A stretch of 64,000 bases of DNA, taken from positions 36,237 to 100,236 of IMG/VR virus record IMGVR_UViG_3300002026_000004; one strand, 5' to 3'. Positions 10,163-19,140 of the stretch are shown one piece after another. The translations under genes and the position numbers were made by a program. The notes below the pieces were generated by a model that ran no database searches, was not told where the DNA came from, and saw nothing but the letters and a program-made list of their open reading frames with translations. Every line of letters starts with the position of its first letter. The first letter of the stretch is position 1. The stretch is from a virus.

Positions 10163-10190
10163 AAAGCCTACCCTTTTTTGGGTGGGCTTA
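10163..10190 (+). terminator. Intrinsic terminator
   Basis: AAGCCTACCC-loop-GGGTGGGCTT. Confidence 0.65.
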
Positions 10191-10211
10191 ATTTCTATTT
10201 AGGAGTATAAT

Positions 10212-10613
10212 ATGAACAGCTTAAACTCGATTCTGGTAGAAGGAAACATTGTTGCTGACCCTGTAGTAGGAACAACACCCGCAGGAACCCCTGTTTGCAC
10301 TTTTTCTGTAGCATCAAATCGATTTTATAAGGAAAAGGGTGAATCAGACTTTACTAAAGAAACTTCCTTCTTTAAGGTAGAAACTTGGGCGCGACTTGCT
10401 GAATCTGTTTCTGATTTAGGAAAGAAAGGCAGGGGTGTTCGTGTTGTAGGACGATTAAAACAAAATCGTTGGGTAGATTCCAATGGTAAAAATAATTCTG
10501 AAATTATTATCGTTGCTGAACATGTTGAGTTCAAGCCTGAGTTCAAGCCAGAAACTCCTATTTATAATCCTAATGAATCTACTGAAGAAAACGAGACTAA
10601 TGATACTTTTTAA
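10212..10613 (+). CDS. ssb: Single-stranded DNA-binding protein (bacterial SSB type)
   Basis: NSILVEGN, FSVASNR, KGRGVRVVGRL and an acidic tail ending DTF. Confidence 0.9.
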   Translation: MNSLNSILVEGNIVADPVVGTTPAGTPVCTFSVASNRFYKEKGESDFTKETSFFKVETWARLAESVSDLGKKGRGVRVVGRLKQNRWVDSNGKNNSEIIIVAEHVEFKPEFKPETPIYNPNESTEENETNDTF

Positions 10614-10638
10614 TGACTAATTAGTATAGGAGAACTGA

Positions 10639-10839
10639 ATGAAAATACTATTGCCACTGTCTATAGATAATTGTCAGAGTGATTGTATTTTCTATCACGC
10701 CGATACATCTACTTCACCTTTTAGAGAGTTCTGTACATTTTCAATGAGAATGGAGGAAATTGATTCTAGGAAATCATTAGTAGAAAATGATTGCCCTTTA
10801 ATTAAGTTTGAAGTTAAATTAGAACTAAAAACCGAATAA
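10639..10839 (+). CDS. Small Cys-rich hypothetical protein
   Basis: Late motif at 10616, SD AGGAG, four Cys. Confidence 0.55.
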   Translation: MKILLPLSIDNCQSDCIFYHADTSTSPFREFCTFSMRMEEIDSRKSLVENDCPLIKFEVKLELKTE

Positions 10840-11559
10840 GATTTTTGATGAATAGAATGTTCTAGTTTCACCAGAGTAATAATCTTTCCTAACACATTTA
10901 TATTTGTTTAGGAAGGTTATTGCTCTTTTTTTTAGTTCAGCTTCATATTGAGATAAATACTCTGATTCTGATTTATTATTAATAATAGCAAATTTCTTAA
11001 TATCATCTGATGAATATGGTGTATTTATATCTTCTTCTGAAGCTACCATGCTAAGAATAAAATTTAGAATTTCACTAGACTCATACCCTTTTGAAACTAC
11101 TTCAGTATGGGTATGCGCCCCTGCTTTACCTTTAACTATTTCCATTCCTGATGATAATCCATAATTACCAGCATCAGCAAAATAAGCATCTTTAGGAATA
11201 TTAACAAGTTTATTATTAGTATATAATTCTAAATAAGGTTCTTTAAAATCCTCTAAACGAAAATGGGCTATTCTTAACTCAAAATCAGCATCCTTAACAG
11301 GCATCATTAATAATGCTCCGAATGTTCCCATGTCAGTTAGGTATTTAGTATCAACAAAATTAAAAGGAGCTAATACTTTATACATATGAACAGAAGAATA
11401 TCCTCTATCTACGCCTAAATGAGTTCGTAATACTTCAAATGTGTTATCTAATCCAAATGGTGTTGTTACATAAGCTCCTGGTCGAAATAGACAATTGGGA
11501 AAGGTATAAGAACCATCATCATACTTTTCCATAAACTCTTTAATCATACTAATCTCCAT
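10825..11559 (-). CDS. M23-like metallopeptidase (endolysin candidate)
   Basis: HLGVD (HxxxD), IAHF and HTH (HxH) motifs. Confidence 0.6.
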   Translation of the reverse strand: MEISMIKEFMEKYDDGSYTFPNCLFRPGAYVTTPFGLDNTFEVLRTHLGVDRGYSSVHMYKVLAPFNFVDTKYLTDMGTFGALLMMPVKDADFELRIAHFRLEDFKEPYLELYTNNKLVNIPKDAYFADAGNYGLSSGMEIVKGKAGAHTHTEVVSKGYESSEILNFILSMVASEEDINTPYSSDDIKKFAIINNKSESEYLSQYEAELKKRAITFLNKYKCVRKDYYSGETRTFYSSKILFGF

Positions 11560-12134
11560 TTAGATGTAACATGCTCGGTTATTCCTATTCCTGTTCTCAT
11601 CATTGACATTAACTTCTGAGCATCACTATTATTTCTACATAAAACAATTTTAGAAAAAGCGTTACTATCATTATCTAAGACAGCATTACGAGCTTTAGCT
11701 ACAGAGTAATCAGAATCTACAATGTCTGTATCAGGGTCATGGTCACCAAAAGAAGTAACTTTTATCTCATCAAAGTTAAAGTTTTCTTTATCTTTATTTA
11801 ATCTATCTAAAGTATCCTGCATCTCTTTAACATGGTCTAACCCCATTATGAATATAACTTTCTTATATTTTCTATTAAATAAGAATGCTAATACATCCTC
11901 AACATTTTCTACTTGAGGGTCATCACAAACATAAATAGGTAATACTGATTTTAAGTATTCTGCTTTTAATTCAAAGGGAATAGGGTTCTGTTTAGCATCA
12001 TATTTCTGAGATAAAAACACTAATGGATCAGCTTGAAGTTGTGCCGCAGTAGTTCTTAAATGTTTGAATAACTGCTCATGAGCCTTAGTAGGAGGATTCG
12101 CTTTTTGGTAACAAATTACTGCTGTATCTTTCAT
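11544..12134 (-). CDS. Cytidylyltransferase-like (HIGH superfamily) phage protein
   Basis: NPPTKAHE and FLSQKYDAKQNP, as in T4-like phage cytidyltransferases; motifs look degenerate. Confidence 0.7.
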   Translation of the reverse strand: MKDTAVICYQKANPPTKAHEQLFKHLRTTAAQLQADPLVFLSQKYDAKQNPIPFELKAEYLKSVLPIYVCDDPQVENVEDVLAFLFNRKYKKVIFIMGLDHVKEMQDTLDRLNKDKENFNFDEIKVTSFGDHDPDTDIVDSDYSVAKARNAVLDNDSNAFSKIVLCRNNSDAQKLMSMMRTGIGITEHVTSKWRLV

Positions 12135-12146
12135 TATTTTATTTCC

Positions 12147-12680
12147 TTACCACTCTAATAATTCTCTACGTTTAGCTATATCAATAGCCCAGGTTACAAC
12201 TTGTTCTGGTAACTGCCCATCATAATAAGTTAATTTAAACTTAGTATAAATAATAGACCTAGCACCAAAGGAACCTAGCATATCCTTGACCTGGAAGATA
12301 GTTAAAAATGGGTCTTCATTAGCATTATTTTGATAAAACTTAAATAGTAAATCATCCTGGTCTAAATTAGCTGTTGATGGTATTAATACTTCTATAGGTT
12401 GAGAATTTTTAACATAGGGAGAAATAATAATTTTCCCTGATGAATGAACTATTTTTCTTATTGGTATATCTATCATTGGAGGAAATATAACTGATACTAC
12501 ATCTAATCCTTCTATCTTCCTAGAGATAATATCATTCTGTGTAGATAACTTTACTGATATCTTAATACAATCAGAAGCGGTTCCAGATAATCGAATTCCG
12601 TTATCTAATAATTTTTTAGATATTCTGTTTGTGTGGGCCGCTAGTCTTGACTGAAATGTAGTAGCAATGGTTTCATCCAT
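12147..12680 (-). CDS. Hypothetical protein (possible head-tail component)
   Basis: 177-aa ORF in a late operon. Confidence 0.5.
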   Translation of the reverse strand: MDETIATTFQSRLAAHTNRISKKLLDNGIRLSGTASDCIKISVKLSTQNDIISRKIEGLDVVSVIFPPMIDIPIRKIVHSSGKIIISPYVKNSQPIEVLIPSTANLDQDDLLFKFYQNNANEDPFLTIFQVKDMLGSFGARSIIYTKFKLTYYDGQLPEQVVTWAIDIAKRRELLEW

Positions 12681-12691
12681 TAATTATTTCC

Positions 12692-12955
12692 TTAATAAAA
12701 TACCTTATCTTTTCCTGAAGGTCGTTTACCCTTATTCATACGTTCTTTAATAAAACTAGCATTAGCACCAGTGTCTGAATTATATAAATCAGAAGTTGCT
12801 CTCATTGATTCAGGAACATTTAATGACATATTAGACCATACTCTTGTAGCTTTTTTAGCACAACGAGTACAGGTAACTGACTTAGGAATCTTATCAGTCA
12901 TTGACAATTCCTTTTCCTCTAAATTCCCACATTCACATCGATATTCGTAAACCAT
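12692..12955 (-). CDS. FmdB-like zinc-ribbon protein
   Basis: YEYRCECG...CTRC. Confidence 0.75.
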   Translation of the reverse strand: MVYEYRCECGNLEEKELSMTDKIPKSVTCTRCAKKATRVWSNMSLNVPESMRATSDLYNSDTGANASFIKERMNKGKRPSGKDKVFY

Positions 12956-12963
12956 AATTCCCC

Positions 12964-13617
12964 CTAAACGAAACTCTTTAAACCTTGAATTATTCTATTT
13001 TGGTTATTCTGAGAAGCCCAAACTGTGTTAATCCATACGAAATTAGTATCAATGAATCCAACCTCTTCATTCTCAGAAATAGCATAAAACTGTATAGGTT
13101 TTATTAACTTTAAGTTCTTCTCCCTAATTAATGTTCTTACATACTGAGTTACCTTAGTTTCAGATTCTTCTTTTCCATTATAAAAATAAGAATATCCATA
13201 AGCTTTATCCATATAATATATAATTTGATTAAAAAATTTATCTTGAGGATTATACTCGCGGTGTTTATTTGGATAGAACCTTTGATTCTTTGGAAACGAT
13301 GGGAGTAGTGTAACATTCTTCATCTTTGCTATATTATACAAACGCCAATAACGTGGCTTTCTAGCGTTATTAGTTATTTCTGTACCAAAGTTCTTATTAC
13401 GAGAATAAGAGTATTTGTTTAATAAATATCCTCTAAAATAAATGCCCTTCTTACCTGAAGGCCATTGTTTAACACCTAGAACAACAGGTTGAACAATACG
13501 GGGGTGTTCAGGAGATTCTGCATCTGGAAAGAAAGGAGACTTATTTGAAGAGTAATTAAATTGAATTGGGCAATTTAGAGAGATTGCCTGTTTGAATAAT
13601 TTTTCATACTGTGCCAT
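12964..13617 (-). CDS. WYL-like domain protein (leaderless late gene)
   Basis: IQFNY, RIVQPVVLG and WRLYNIAKM; ATG 3 nt after ACTAATTA. Confidence 0.55.
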   Translation of the reverse strand: MAQYEKLFKQAISLNCPIQFNYSSNKSPFFPDAESPEHPRIVQPVVLGVKQWPSGKKGIYFRGYLLNKYSYSRNKNFGTEITNNARKPRYWRLYNIAKMKNVTLLPSFPKNQRFYPNKHREYNPQDKFFNQIIYYMDKAYGYSYFYNGKEESETKVTQYVRTLIREKNLKLIKPIQFYAISENEEVGFIDTNFVWINTVWASQNNQNRIIQGLKSFV

Positions 13618-13648
13618 GTATAATTAGTTATATTATAACTAATACCTA

Positions 13649-13900
13649 CTATCTATATAATTCCCAAGGGTCTTCTGGCAATTCTTCCGCTGTAACCCCT
13701 GCAAATGGGCAATGATTATCTGATTTCTGATAATCAACCCAATCTTTGAACTCTTTGTCTTTAACAGCAATGTGAATTGCTTCTCTTTTACTTTTAGCTT
13801 CTACTTCTAAATAACAGCAATAATACTCTGTAGGGCCAGAACCGTCATCGCATATTGGCTCGACTCTGGATAACTCTTTGCTATATACAGCATACTTCAT
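13649..13900 (-). CDS. Hypothetical protein
   Basis: ORF with SD GGAG. Confidence 0.6.
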   Translation of the reverse strand: MKYAVYSKELSRVEPICDDGSGPTEYYCCYLEVEAKSKREAIHIAVKDKEFKDWVDYQKSDNHCPFAGVTAEELPEDPWELYR

Positions 13901-13910
13901 TATAGTCTCC

Positions 13911-15176
13911 TTATACTAAGTTTTCTATCGTGACTTTATTATTGCTGAAATTCCTAACATTATAGTTCTCTAATTCTTCTAAGATATCATAGCCTTCATT
14001 TGAACAATTCTGTAAATCAATTTTGATAGCGTTAACTGAATGGTCCTCACTAACAATATAAATATTCTGAGAAGCTCTGGACATAAACATTAAATCATTT
14101 GTAGAATAACTATTCCCTCCACATAATGAGGATGAACGATTAATATAATCAGAGATGGAAGCTGAGTGATAATGACCATAGAAAACACCATGAATAGTAA
14201 TATTCCTATGAGAATAATTCTGTAATAAAGAACCTACTTGTTTCTCAATAGACCCTGATTTAAAAGTATGACCATGAAGTAATAAAGCATTATAGCCATT
14301 CTTTAATTGTACATAAGATTGAATATTATTTTTACTATTAATGAACTCTACTTTAGTCCCTGTAAATATCAATCTAAGATTATTAAAAATTAGATAGTCC
14401 CAGTTTTCTGATGATAGTAAATCAGAGCTTTCCATATCCTCATCTAAACGAGATTCATTGCCTACTACAGAAGCTACATGAATATTAAAATATTTACTTA
14501 ATTCTATTATTACCTGTTTATAAAGGTAAGTAGCTAATAATGATGCTCTAACTAATGAGGAGTTCTGTGCTAGTCTTTCTGAGAGCCTACGAGATGAATT
14601 AATAAGGTCACCAGTAAAGAATATATAAACATCGTTTACTTTAGCATACTTAAAGTAACTTATTGATTCTGTAACAAACTTCTTTAATCTTTTTGAAGCG
14701 ATATCAAAATTAAAACTATTACCAAAAGATTCTGACTCATAAATAATCTCATTCAAATGATGGTCAGATAATTGCATTATTCCTATTTTACTCTTAGTAT
14801 CAGTAACATGTTCTTTAATTTTGAACTTAGTTAAATCTACTGAGTTCATCACATCTACATATTCTGAGAATATTTCTTCTAATGAATTATATAAACGATA
14901 GGATTCTCGATTAGTCTTTCTAACTGAATTATTGATATCTAATAATCTTTGTTTCTGTGCTTCTAATTTAATTAAATCTTCTTCAGGAACTTCAATATCT
15001 ATATTGTCTTTAAAATCTGCTACACATCTTCTTACTGTTCTTTTAAATGAATCTAAATACCAAGAGCAGTTATTATCTGAATTAAACTGAGTAAACATCT
15101 TATAAATATTATCTATAGATATTCCTTTTCTTACCTTATCTTCTATCCAAGCTCTTTTTGAGAATAAATTGTTCAT
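13911..15176 (-). CDS. Calcineurin-like metallophosphoesterase
   Basis: SDHH, GDLIN, GNES, LHGH and GHYH motifs. Confidence 0.8.
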   Translation of the reverse strand: MNNLFSKRAWIEDKVRKGISIDNIYKMFTQFNSDNNCSWYLDSFKRTVRRCVADFKDNIDIEVPEEDLIKLEAQKQRLLDINNSVRKTNRESYRLYNSLEEIFSEYVDVMNSVDLTKFKIKEHVTDTKSKIGIMQLSDHHLNEIIYESESFGNSFNFDIASKRLKKFVTESISYFKYAKVNDVYIFFTGDLINSSRRLSERLAQNSSLVRASLLATYLYKQVIIELSKYFNIHVASVVGNESRLDEDMESSDLLSSENWDYLIFNNLRLIFTGTKVEFINSKNNIQSYVQLKNGYNALLLHGHTFKSGSIEKQVGSLLQNYSHRNITIHGVFYGHYHSASISDYINRSSSLCGGNSYSTNDLMFMSRASQNIYIVSEDHSVNAIKIDLQNCSNEGYDILEELENYNVRNFSNNKVTIENLV

Positions 15177-15189
15177 TAACCCTCCGGTT

Positions 15190-15453
15190 TTATTTCCAAA
15201 TATTTAGAATTTTCTTTCTATTGATAATAAGTAGTATATATCCAAGTATCCGATATAAATAAAATACTTTACCGAAATGAGTAAGATACTCTACCCCCGT
15301 AGATTTACCACCCTTATAACTTTTGTTAGTCATGCTACAAGCAAACATATTCACTTTTGTTGATATTTTTTTATGGTCGGGGTCAAGCTCAAATATGGTA
15401 TCTGAGTATTTCTGGTCAATCTTCTTACCAAGCTCATAGAAAAACTTATTCAT
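15190..15453 (-). CDS. Hypothetical early protein
   Basis: SD GAGG; first gene after an early promoter. Confidence 0.55.
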   Translation of the reverse strand: MNKFFYELGKKIDQKYSDTIFELDPDHKKISTKVNMFACSMTNKSYKGGKSTGVEYLTHFGKVFYLYRILGYILLIINRKKILNIWK

Positions 15454-15472
15454 TTATAGTACCTCTATATAG

Positions 15473-15501
15473 AGTATATACTATTTTTTGTCAAATGTCA
15501 A
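15473..15501 (-). promoter_or_regulatory. Early sigma70-type promoter
   Basis: TTGACA-N17-TATACT on the minus strand. Confidence 0.8.
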
Positions 15502-15508
15502 GTAAAAT

Positions 15509-15946
15509 CTAATATTTCTTTGATTTATTAAATACATCCTGACGAGAACCTTGTTGTCCTAATTTAGCAATACTTTTATCAACATTTTCTGTAGGAACAA
15601 CATTTTTTACTATATGAGTTAATATCGTTAATAAATCTTTATCTGCATTTAAATAGTATTCTACAGCTTCATTATTCGTTTTAAACCCCTTAGTTCTTTT
15701 AACTTGAAGGATATTAGATTTTAGTGCATCTGAAAGTAAGCCTTTTTGTATAATCAATCTAAATAATTCTAATGGTGTATCTAAAATAATTTCATCACCA
15801 GAATCTGCATCATAAAAATCTGTTGACATTATTTTGTCTAAGTTTTGAGCATACATTTTTCTATTAGGGATTACTAACTTAACCAATTGCTGTAGTGATA
15901 CTTTTTCTTTTAATCTATTTTCCAATAATGTTACTTTAATTTTCAT
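15509..15946 (-). CDS. Hypothetical protein with LxE leader
   Basis: MKIKVTLLE; SD AAGGAG. Confidence 0.6.
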   Translation of the reverse strand: MKIKVTLLENRLKEKVSLQQLVKLVIPNRKMYAQNLDKIMSTDFYDADSGDEIILDTPLELFRLIIQKGLLSDALKSNILQVKRTKGFKTNNEAVEYYLNADKDLLTILTHIVKNVVPTENVDKSIAKLGQQGSRQDVFNKSKKY

Positions 15947-16022
15947 TTCATCTCCTTAATGCAAAACTAAGATAGATTAAGTATAATCCTAATAAGCCCA
16001 TTATACCTAATATTCCTAACAA

Positions 16023-16250
16023 TTATAGTCCAGCGTCTAATAGCTTTTTATAATAATCAGGAACTTCTCGTAAATGGTCCCTTGCTACCCATTCATATAC
16101 TAAATCTTCATCAGGAAATTCTGAGTGTTCTTCATACCAGTCTCGTATTTTTTGATACATAGTTCTGTGTTCTTTTTCTACAGAAATTCCTGTTTTCAAT
16201 TGTCCAGCATCAATGGGGTCAGTTTCATATAATCTAAGTTTGTAGTTCAT
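16023..16250 (-). CDS. DUF5661-like protein (leaderless late gene)
   Basis: QLKTGISVEKEH...ARDHLREVPDYY; leader MNYKLRLYE. Confidence 0.7.
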   Translation of the reverse strand: MNYKLRLYETDPIDAGQLKTGISVEKEHRTMYQKIRDWYEEHSEFPDEDLVYEWVARDHLREVPDYYKKLLDAGL

Positions 16251-16261
16251 ATTAAATTAGT

Positions 16262-16294
16262 AAGGACCAACACATTTAAGTATTGGTCCTTTTA
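16262..16294. terminator. Probable terminator hairpin
   Basis: AAGGACCAA...TTGGTCCTT. Confidence 0.55.
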
Positions 16295-16295
16295 T

Positions 16296-16490
16296 TTACT
16301 CATCGTCAGATTTTATATACTTATTAATTAGGTACTCTGAGTAACCCATTCCTGCTAAGAAACGTGAAAATAAATCACAAACTTCTCCAATAGTAGCGGC
16401 TTCCATCCCTTCTTTAGAAATAACAGTATCATGATAATACTCTATATCCTCTTCAGTCATATCTTCAGTTGTAAACATAAATTGAATCAT
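16296..16490 (-). CDS. Small acidic hypothetical protein
   Basis: SD GGAG; FSRFLAGMGY. Confidence 0.6.
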   Translation of the reverse strand: MIQFMFTTEDMTEEDIEYYHDTVISKEGMEAATIGEVCDLFSRFLAGMGYSEYLINKYIKSDDE

Positions 16491-16499
16491 AGTTATCTC

Positions 16500-16832
16500 C
16501 TATCTATTATCACCAGAGCCATTAATGGTTCCAGCTTCTTTACGAGATTGTAATTTAGCAATATTATATATAGCTACGTCTTCTAAAGTAAACCCTAATT
16601 CTTTTGATAATGTTGCTGAATACCAAAGTACATCAGAAACTTCATCCATAATCTTTACTTTTAATTCTTCAGTAAAAACTCCATTAGCATCTCTTAATAC
16701 TTTCTTTACCTTACCAGCAACCTCCCCTGCTTCTGAAGCTAATCCTAATGCTGTATATAGAATAGGTATATTCCCACCTCTAGGATAGATAGCTGTTGAC
16801 ATTGCCTTTTCTTGGTACTCATTAAAATCCAT
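16500..16832 (-). CDS. MazG-like NTP pyrophosphohydrolase
   Basis: GLASEAGEV, DEVSDVLWY and GSGDNR. Confidence 0.9.
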   Translation of the reverse strand: MDFNEYQEKAMSTAIYPRGGNIPILYTALGLASEAGEVAGKVKKVLRDANGVFTEELKVKIMDEVSDVLWYSATLSKELGFTLEDVAIYNIAKLQSRKEAGTINGSGDNR

Positions 16833-17020
16833 TAATAATCTCCTCTAAATATAGATTCTCCTGTTGTATTCCAGTAAATTCTAAAATTTCCTTTTTCTGC
16901 ATAGTAATAAGATATATCCTCACTCTCTATTAGTTTAACAATACACCTAAGTAATAGTAACTCTAAAGTTTCTCTATCTTTGTCTTTTATTCTTTTAGTA
17001 ATCTCATCAATGTAATTCAT
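16832..17020 (-). CDS. Hypothetical protein
   Basis: Translationally coupled ORF. Confidence 0.5.
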   Translation of the reverse strand: MNYIDEITKRIKDKDRETLELLLLRCIVKLIESEDISYYYAEKGNFRIYWNTTGESIFRGDY

Positions 17021-17299
17021 TTACTTTACCCCTGTAATTGTTTCCATTTCACATTTCTGAATAGGTTCAAACCCTACTTGATTTTGACTCTTAATTACTT
17101 TCATACTGTGAATAAAAACCCCATTAGAATTCTTAAACCCCCGTAATTTACATTTAGGACAAGTTTCTATTTTAATAGCTTGGTTTCCTGTAGGCCCAAC
17201 AATAATATGGTCATCAGTTTCTGAATTAATAAAATCAATATAATCTCCTGATTGTAATTCATACATTAAGTTTAATATACCCAATTTATTTAATTCCAC
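17021..17299 (-). CDS. Hypothetical protein (CxxC)
   Basis: SD AGGTGG; CPKC. Confidence 0.5.
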   Translation of the reverse strand: MELNKLGILNLMYELQSGDYIDFINSETDDHIIVGPTGNQAIKIETCPKCKLRGFKNSNGVFIHSMKVIKSQNQVGFEPIQKCEMETITGVK

Positions 17300-17876
17300 C
17301 TAATTTCTCATAAGAAAAATAACAATTTCTATAAGTTTTTTTCTTTGTTTTGTTGTTACAAATCTGAGATATTCTTCCAATACTAAAACCCAATTTCTTT
17401 AACTGAGATAAAGACTCATACTCCTTTATTAAAACTTTATTTAAATCATATTGATACACTTTTTTTTCTTCATATAAAAATCCTCTATTTCCTTTTGAAA
17501 CAATTTCTTTATATGAATGAGTATTATTTTCATTCATTGATACCCATTCTAGGTTTTCTATTCTATTATCTTTTTTATTTCCATTAATATGATTAGTATA
17601 AGGTTTATCTTCAGGAGATAGACCTAAAAATGCTTGAATAATAAATCTATGCGCTAAAAACTTTTTATAAACTTTTGGTTCTATACAAACATTAAAACCT
17701 AAATAGCCATGATTATGATTATAAAAAGATATTTCTTTGCTTTTTCTTTGCTTTAATAAAGGATAGTGCTTAAACATATCATTAAACTTCTCTGCATCGA
17801 ATAATAAACGCCCATCTGAACAAGCAATAATAAAAGGATATGTGGGGTGAGGTCTTGTACTAAAAATATTATTCAT
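17286..17876 (-). CDS. HNH homing endonuclease with NUMOD1-like C-terminus
   Basis: AHRFI, NHINGNKKDNRIENLEW and VYQYDL...YESL; start placed at MNNIF. Confidence 0.85.
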   Translation of the reverse strand: MNNIFSTRPHPTYPFIIACSDGRLLFDAEKFNDMFKHYPLLKQRKSKEISFYNHNHGYLGFNVCIEPKVYKKFLAHRFIIQAFLGLSPEDKPYTNHINGNKKDNRIENLEWVSMNENNTHSYKEIVSKGNRGFLYEEKKVYQYDLNKVLIKEYESLSQLKKLGFSIGRISQICNNKTKKKTYRNCYFSYEKLGGIK

Positions 17877-18450
17877 TATATTGACCCAACTTTGCATATT
17901 TTTGAACATCTAATATCGATGTTCTCCAATAATTTTCTTTATACTCCATATCCCAAACAAACCAACCAGTAACAAGATTTCCAACATGAAAAAGTCCATC
18001 ATCCCTGTGAGGAGTTCTATAATCCACTTGTCTATTAAATAAATAGACATATTTTAAATTATTCCATATACCTTCATTATTTCTCTTATACGCTCCAAAG
18101 AAATTAACTTTACCTAGAAAAATAAAACTCTTTGAAACTTTTTTAGCTTGAACAACAAAGTCATCAAAAATAGAAAAAGCAGGATTAGTAATGATTAAAT
18201 CTTTTTTTTCATTATCTAATAAAAAGTCTTTTCCTGTTGTTCTTATATCATCACAGATTGTTTCTATTCCTAAAGTATTTAAAGCCGAGGATAATGAGTT
18301 ATTTCCTGCCGCTGGTTCATAAGCCAATTGAACTTCATCTAAAATATTTGTTTGTTCTTTTAAAACCCATATTAAAGATTTTGGCGTCTCATAAAAATCT
18401 GCTTCAGGTCTTTCTGATAAAGGTTTTCTATTAGCATAAGCTTTCCCCAT
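17869..18450 (-). CDS. DNA amino-methyltransferase (phage type)
   Basis: DFYETP, EPAAG, DFL and ITNPAF (NPPF variant). Confidence 0.75.
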   Translation of the reverse strand: MGKAYANRKPLSERPEADFYETPKSLIWVLKEQTNILDEVQLAYEPAAGNNSLSSALNTLGIETICDDIRTTGKDFLLDNEKKDLIITNPAFSIFDDFVVQAKKVSKSFIFLGKVNFFGAYKRNNEGIWNNLKYVYLFNRQVDYRTPHRDDGLFHVGNLVTGWFVWDMEYKENYWRTSILDVQKYAKLGQYNE

Positions 18451-19130
18451 TATACTTCCTCAATAAGTCTATTTCTAATTTCTAGCATAGCTAAATCATA
18501 TACTTCTTTTAATTTACTATTAAGATAAGAATCTCTAAACTTCTGTAGAGTTGTATTCTTTCTAAAAGTCTGTAAAAACATAATAGATAGAATCATCATA
18601 TCTCTATTACTTAATCCTAATGTATCCTTTAAATCTACAACAACTGAAATCACTGTTCTAATTGCTAAATCTTCAGTATGATATAGTTTTAATACAGGGT
18701 CTTCAACCTCAGTAGAAGGACTCCAAAAGGGTTTCATTGATAGTGTTGTTTGTAGTTCTTCTAATTCCTTTTCAGAGGAAGCATTAGAAATAATAGAGTT
18801 TAAGGATAATATTCTATCATCCTTTCTATTCTTTTGTCCATATAAAACTTCTAATACTTTATATCTAAGAACTCCTCCAAAGGATATCTCAATCATATAC
18901 TCAGGATTTTTTTCATACTGTTCTAAAAATACCATAGTACATTCTACTGCTTTAGAAAAAACATAATCAGGGTTTAAGAACTTTTTACCCTTAGTCATCT
19001 TTAATATCATTGACCTTGAGTATTGAACTAATAATCCAAACATTTCTTGATAAGCAACCTTGTCATTACATAATCGCCATTTCCTTTGTAATTCATATAG
19101 TCTAATTTCTGTTTCAGAGCGTATTCCCAT
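18450..19130 (-). CDS. Sigma-factor-like protein (candidate late sigma)
   Basis: Helical protein with AYQEMFGLLVQYS, ISFGGVL and ILSLN resembling sigma regions 2/3; in the middle operon. Confidence 0.4.
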   Translation of the reverse strand: MGIRSETEIRLYELQRKWRLCNDKVAYQEMFGLLVQYSRSMILKMTKGKKFLNPDYVFSKAVECTMVFLEQYEKNPEYMIEISFGGVLRYKVLEVLYGQKNRKDDRILSLNSIISNASSEKELEELQTTLSMKPFWSPSTEVEDPVLKLYHTEDLAIRTVISVVVDLKDTLGLSNRDMMILSIMFLQTFRKNTTLQKFRDSYLNSKLKEVYDLAMLEIRNRLIEEV

Positions 19131-19140
19131 ATTTATTTCC

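Noticed and set aside
10527-10549. 12-nt tandem duplication in ssb (EFKP EFKP)
   Set aside because: Ordinary slippage at the start of a disordered linker.
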